From NCBI GenBank assembly GCA_031400935.1, contig JANNQV010000014.1:1-50831 (forward strand): a stretch of 50,831 nucleotides of DNA, in the 5' to 3' direction. Source of the stretch: Armatimonadota bacterium (GTDB taxonomy: Bacteria; Armatimonadota; Fimbriimonadia; Fimbriimonadales; Fimbriimonadaceae). Shown piece by piece: positions 46,683 through 50,831 of the stretch; the first letter of the stretch is position 1; every line of letters begins with the position of its first letter. The notes beneath the pieces are model-generated. The model did not search any database. It was not told the DNA's origin and worked only from the letters and a program-made list of their open reading frames with translations. The position numbers and the translations under genes were made by a program.

Positions 46683-47174
46683 ATGGCAATGAATGACGCA
46701 TCAGGTGGAATATGGCTTACAGCCGGGGGATTTAAGGCCCTTCAAAAAGAGTTAGAGCATTTGACGCTTGTCAAGCGCCCGGAAATTGCTGATCGGATTC
46801 GCGCGAGCCAAGAACATGGCGAATTCTCAGAAGACAATAACGAACTCGATGAAGTGAAGTTTGAACAGGCCATTGTCGAAAGTCGGGTTGCTGAACTCAA
46901 AACTATTTTTGGCACGGCTCAAATCCTCGATACGAATATGATTCCAACGGAACACGTTGGCATGGGTTCTGTTGCCACGTTGGAGGACAAGGAGTTTGGC
47001 GAAACGTTTCAAGTTCGCGTAGTATCTACGATTGAAGCTGATCCGAACAAGGAACTAATTAGCAACGAATCACCGATGGGGCAAGCCCTATGGGGTGCAG
47101 CAGCTGGAGAAATTATCTCGTTTGTAGCACCAGACGGCAAGAGAAGTTACAGTCTTCTCTCGATCAGTAAATAG
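46683..47174 (+). CDS. greA: Transcription elongation factor GreA
   Basis: LTAGG..L.KELEHL..VKRPEIA, HGEFSE, EADP, ISNESPMGQAL.G. Confidence 0.9.
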   Translation: MAMNDASGGIWLTAGGFKALQKELEHLTLVKRPEIADRIRASQEHGEFSEDNNELDEVKFEQAIVESRVAELKTIFGTAQILDTNMIPTEHVGMGSVATLEDKEFGETFQVRVVSTIEADPNKELISNESPMGQALWGAAAGEIISFVAPDGKRSYSLLSISK

Positions 47175-47203
47175 CCATTGCCGGCTTTTGAAGCAAATCT
47201 CTG

Positions 47204-47743
47204 CTACAGCGTTGCTCGAACTGTTTCAAGCCATTCAATCCGGGCTTGGATTTGGATTCTGTACCCCGTAACGATAAGCGACTCAAAGCTCTTTTCGTTC
47301 TGGTTCAACTTCGCAATATCGGATTCCGACTTCTCCAGCAGAGATTTCGAGTCAGATATCCAGGATCCAACGACTTCGCGTCGGTCTCCAAATGGAATCA
47401 GTTTCAAGAAGCTAGCGCGAGCTCGGACAGGATCGTCTAAGACTTCGGCCAGATCTTGGTCAATCGCCGAACACATCCACAGATTCAATAGTTTGGAACC
47501 AGTGGAAGAAACACGATAATCAGTTCGCTGACGATTTGGCGAGCCTGCTTTCCCTGACTCCTCTATTAGATTTGCCGCGAGCAAGCGTTGTAAGGCTCGA
47601 TAAATCGAACCCGATTCTGTGCTCCACCGTGTTCCTCTCAAAGCAATGATGTACTTTCTCATCGCATAGCCAGAAGTTACATTTACAGCGATCATTGCCA
47701 TTACCATGTATTCCAATTCACTGCAATTTCCTGATCGTGCCAT
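47204..47743 (-). CDS. PadR family transcriptional regulator
   Basis: SGYAM, WSTESGSIYRALQRL..LI, R..YRVS..G winged-helix pattern. Confidence 0.82.
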   Translation of the reverse strand: MARSGNCSELEYMVMAMIAVNVTSGYAMRKYIIALRGTRWSTESGSIYRALQRLLAANLIEESGKAGSPNRQRTDYRVSSTGSKLLNLWMCSAIDQDLAEVLDDPVRARASFLKLIPFGDRREVVGSWISDSKSLLEKSESDIAKLNQNEKSFESLIVTGYRIQIQARIEWLETVRATL

Positions 47744-47975
47744 TTTTCACCGCCTTTTCCGATTCTTAACGATCGGATATCTGACATTATTCCCACATTG
47801 TTCCAGCACAAATGTTCAAAAAAGCATGTGCGACCAGCAATAGGTACGCCAACAATGCAAACCAAAAGCTAAACTTTCGATAACACTATTATAAGTGCGA
47901 ATGGAACAAAATTCCGTACTTTTTCAATAATTTTCGTGGTAGAATTCTGATTCCCCCTGCTTTAGCAAGGGAAAA

Positions 47976-48224
47976 ATGGCTATGTCAAAATCATCTAATC
48001 AACCGCCAGCCGGTAGCGTCCCGCTTCCTGGCAGCAAACGTGGGCCTCGCGCGTTCTTTCATGAGGTCGGAAGAGAATTGAAAAAAGTCAGCTGGCCCGC
48101 AAGGTCGGAAACGAATCGCATGACTGGCGTAGTGCTAATTTTGTGTGCCATCGCCATTGCATTTCTGTATGGTTTGCAATATGCATTTCAGATCATCGTG
48201 CGATTGCTGACGGAGGGCTTTTAA
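47976..48224 (+). CDS. secE: Preprotein translocase subunit SecE
   Basis: FFHEVGRELKKVSWP.R.E motif, single TM, directly upstream of nusG. Confidence 0.93.
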   Translation: MAMSKSSNQPPAGSVPLPGSKRGPRAFFHEVGRELKKVSWPARSETNRMTGVVLILCAIAIAFLYGLQYAFQIIVRLLTEGF

Positions 48225-48227
48225 GAC

Positions 48228-48755
48228 ATGCCTCGATGTTGGTATGCCGTTCACACAATTGCTGGTCACGAAAATAAGGTCAAAGATGTTTTGACTCGGC
48301 GAGCACAGGTCGAAGGACTTTGGCAATCTGACCTTTACGATATTTTGATTCCAACAGAGCGAGAAATGACCACTCGAGGCGGAAAGCGATATGAAATGGA
48401 TCGAAAGGTCTTTCCGGGCTACATTCTGATTCAAATGCAGCTTACAGACCAGGCTTACAAACTCGTAAAGTCAACTAGTGGAGTGACAGGATTCGTGCAA
48501 TCTGGAAATAAGCCGGTGCCACTTGAGGACTACGAAGTTAGACGAATTCTTCAAAACCTAGAATCCAGCAAGGAAGTGCCGAAAATCGCCTGGAGCAAGA
48601 GCGACGCAATTCGTGTAGTTGAAGGTCCGTTTGCCGATTTCACTGGCAAGATCGAAGAAGTCAACTCGGAAAAAGAAAAGCTCAAAGTTCTTATCAATAT
48701 TTTTGGACGCGACACGCCAGTTGAACTCGAATTCACTCAAGTTGAGAAGCTGTAG
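48228..48755 (+). CDS. nusG: Transcription termination/antitermination factor NusG
   Basis: WYAVHT..GHENKVK, FPGYILI, GVTGFV, GPFADF.G, IFGRDTPVELEF. Confidence 0.97.
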   Translation: MPRCWYAVHTIAGHENKVKDVLTRRAQVEGLWQSDLYDILIPTEREMTTRGGKRYEMDRKVFPGYILIQMQLTDQAYKLVKSTSGVTGFVQSGNKPVPLEDYEVRRILQNLESSKEVPKIAWSKSDAIRVVEGPFADFTGKIEEVNSEKEKLKVLINIFGRDTPVELEFTQVEKL

Positions 48756-48761
48756 GGAGAA

Positions 48762-48848
48762 GTGTTTAGGGTCTAGGGTTTCGGGTCCATAATACTCAGG
48801 GCTTGCCCATTACCCTAATCCCCATACCCCATCACCCTAACCCCAACT
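48762..48848. repeat. Inverted heptamer arms (TTTAGGG-like / CCCTAAC-like)
   Basis: gtttagg gtctagg gtttcgg ... ccctaat ccccata ccccatc accctaa ccccaac. Confidence 0.7.
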
Positions 48849-48849
48849 A

Positions 48850-50565
48850 ATGACGCACCCAACAATTTGGAAACTCGCCGAAACCGATTCCAAAATCGTG
48901 GAGTCATTATGGCAAGAACTCAATCTCAAACCGATCGTCGCCAAAGCGTTAGCAACACGCGGAATCACAACAATTGAAGAAGCGAAAGTCTTTCTCTATG
49001 CTGGACTCGAAGACTTGCATTCGCCATGGCTTTTGCCTGATATGGAGCTTGCAGTTCAGCATATTTTGGCTGCAAAGGATGCAGACGAGACGATCTTTTT
49101 GCATGGCGACTACGATGTGGACGGCATTACGAGCACAACGCTTTTCTACAAGTTTCTAACCAAAATCGGCTGCAAAGTCATTCCTCATGTCCCCCACCGG
49201 ATAAAAGAGGGCTATGGAATTGCAATCGAGCAAGTTGATGAGGCTGCAGCTCAAGGCGCAAAACTCTTCCTGACCTGTGATTGCGGCGGAAGCGCATTCG
49301 ACCAAATTGATCGAGCAAGAGAGCTTGGAATGAAGGTGGTTGTCACAGACCACCACCACGTGACACAAATTCCAAATGCCGAGGCCTTTGTGAATCCACA
49401 TCGAAGCGACAGCAAATATCCGTTTAAGGACATTTGCGGAGTGGGTGTGGTTTTTAAGGTTTGCCAAGCAATTGCAGAAGAGTTGAAACTGCCAGTTCAG
49501 AGCTTTCAAAACGCATATCTTGACCTAGTTGCTCTCGGCACTATTGCCGATGTAATGCCGATTACAGACGAAAATCGAATCTTTGTTCGGCTGGGATTGC
49601 CGCTGCTTTCAAAAACGAAGAAGCATGGGTTGAATGCCCTTTACGACCAATCCGGCCTAAAGGACAAAGCAATAAAGGGGTTGACAACTTACGATGTTGG
49701 ATTTGGAATTGGGCCAAGAATCAATGCAGCGGGGCGAATTGATGACGCAGCACTTGCCCTGGAACTGATGCTTTCTGATTCCTATGAAAACGCATTGCCA
49801 ATCGCAAAACAAATCGAGCAGCTAAATCTTGACCGCCGAAAGCACTCGGAAGAAGTGCTTGAACAAGCCGTTCAACAAGTATTGGACTCGAATCAAGAAA
49901 ACGACTCGCTCGTGATTGTTTCGGGGCAAGGATGGCATCCTGGAATCGTCGGCATTGTCGCAGGCCGGCTTCGCGAAAAGTTCAATCGCCCCGCTTTTGT
50001 CTTGACCTATGATGAAGAAAAACAAGCGTTTCATGGGTCTGGACGCTCCATTGACGCCTTTCATTTGGCTGAAATGATATACGGGCATCCCGAATTGGTT
50101 TCGGGCGGCGGACATGCAAAAGCTGCCGGAATGTCGATTCCACTCGCAGTTTTTCCCGAAGCAAAGGAAATTCTCAAAAAGTACGCCGACATGTTGCTTG
50201 CCGGTATGGACTTACGGCCAGAACTTTCCATTACTGCTGAAGCAGATTTCGAGGAAATTGACCTAAGCGCCGCAGAGCAATTGCAACTTTTGGAACCTTA
50301 TGGCGAAGGCAACCCTAAACCCAAATTTGTTGCACGAAATGTGACTGTAGAATCCATAAAACCAACAAAAAATCCTGATCATCCACAATTGTTTCTTCGT
50401 CAAAATGGTTCAAAAGCGGAACGATTTAGTGCATTTGGGTATGGCGAACAGGCTGGATCTTGGAATTGCCCTTTTCAAGCCGACATTGTATTTGAATTCG
50501 GAGCAAGCGAATGGAATGGAACTCGAAGAGTCGAATGGTCGCTGAAAGATATTCTATTTCTTTAG
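48850..50565 (+). CDS. recJ: Single-stranded-DNA-specific exonuclease RecJ
   Basis: GDYDVDG, TCDCG, TDHH, LGTIADV, PRINAAGR, GSGRS, GGHAKAAG, LEPYGEGNP. Confidence 0.96.
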   Translation: MTHPTIWKLAETDSKIVESLWQELNLKPIVAKALATRGITTIEEAKVFLYAGLEDLHSPWLLPDMELAVQHILAAKDADETIFLHGDYDVDGITSTTLFYKFLTKIGCKVIPHVPHRIKEGYGIAIEQVDEAAAQGAKLFLTCDCGGSAFDQIDRARELGMKVVVTDHHHVTQIPNAEAFVNPHRSDSKYPFKDICGVGVVFKVCQAIAEELKLPVQSFQNAYLDLVALGTIADVMPITDENRIFVRLGLPLLSKTKKHGLNALYDQSGLKDKAIKGLTTYDVGFGIGPRINAAGRIDDAALALELMLSDSYENALPIAKQIEQLNLDRRKHSEEVLEQAVQQVLDSNQENDSLVIVSGQGWHPGIVGIVAGRLREKFNRPAFVLTYDEEKQAFHGSGRSIDAFHLAEMIYGHPELVSGGGHAKAAGMSIPLAVFPEAKEILKKYADMLLAGMDLRPELSITAEADFEEIDLSAAEQLQLLEPYGEGNPKPKFVARNVTVESIKPTKNPDHPQLFLRQNGSKAERFSAFGYGEQAGSWNCPFQADIVFEFGASEWNGTRRVEWSLKDILFL

Positions 50566-50831
50566 TTCGAGTCGTCCCATTCAACCCGAATCATCGTTCG
50601 CATCATGCCATTCGGGGCTTCTGTAGTGCTGATTTGAGTGAGAGTCAAGCCCGACTCCGTTTCGACTGATTCCTCGCCTTCTAGCTTCACAAACTGGTTG
50701 TTGCCCTTATCCCAAACGATCTCGACCGTTGGGCCCGATTCATCAGCGAACGCAAACCAAAGTTGAGCTCTTCCGCCAGCTACAAAGACGCGAGTTCCGG
50801 CCAGAATTGTTGCTGTTTGCGGGCTCTTTGC
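50562..50831 (-). CDS. Hypothetical protein, 3' part only (starts beyond right edge)
   Basis: Open minus-strand frame from the window edge (AKSPQTATIL...IRVEWDDSN) to TAA at 50562-50564, overlapping the recJ stop. Confidence 0.6.
   Translation of the reverse strand, partial: AKSPQTATILAGTRVFVAGGRAQLWFAFADESGPTVEIVWDKGNNQFVKLEGEESVETESGLTLTQISTTEAPNGMMRTMIRVEWDDSN

Noticed and set aside
47744..47975. tRNA-Trp or other RNA upstream of secE
   Set aside because: No cloverleaf or T-loop motif; the region is AT-rich divergent promoter DNA.
5365..48848. CRISPR array
   Set aside because: No 23-50 bp direct repeats with unique spacers of regular length and no cas genes; the repeats are 7-, 9- and 11-mers or palindromes.
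48762..48848. Telomere-like TTTAGGG/CCCTAA sequence suggesting eukaryotic contamination
   Set aside because: Only a few degenerate units, embedded between bona fide bacterial nusG and recJ and matching the local heptamer-repeat pattern.

Overview
This is a roughly 50% GC bacterial chromosomal window made of housekeeping and accessory genes. The protein style suggests Armatimonadota/Fimbriimonadia, but that is inference only. No integrase, transposase, reverse transcriptase or CRISPR array was seen. Recognisable content: a partial glycogen debranching enzyme, a DUF4350/DUF4129 membrane cluster, a LolA-like protein, four secreted proteases (S8, M43, M1, trypsin-like), a CHASE4 histidine kinase with a REC-EAL phosphodiesterase, a heme-c/copper monooxygenase-like protein, a YcaQ-like DNA glycosylase, a penicillin acylase, nadE, dusB, persulfide dioxygenase/rhodanese genes, a class III nucleotide cyclase, tRNA-Glu/Phe/Asp, metX, three tandem PilT/PilU ATPases, greA, secE-nusG and recJ. 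The most notable observations are: (1) a free-standing 173-aa GyrB TOPRIM/C-tail homolog that has lost its catalytic acidic residues but has its own promoter; (2) a three-gene module (FGE/CLec protein, TolB-like propeller, Hanks kinase with G5 domain) whose products share one exported CxKGHxN-x2-D-x-K-x-CxxC ribbon; (3) a c-di-GMP-I riboswitch in front of a subtilase with RAVWG tail repeats, close to an intact EAL two-component pair; (4) widespread leaderless promoter architecture; and (5) several families of short interspersed repeats, some in frame inside genes or supplying promoter -35 boxes. All assignments come from motif recognition by eye; no database searches were run.
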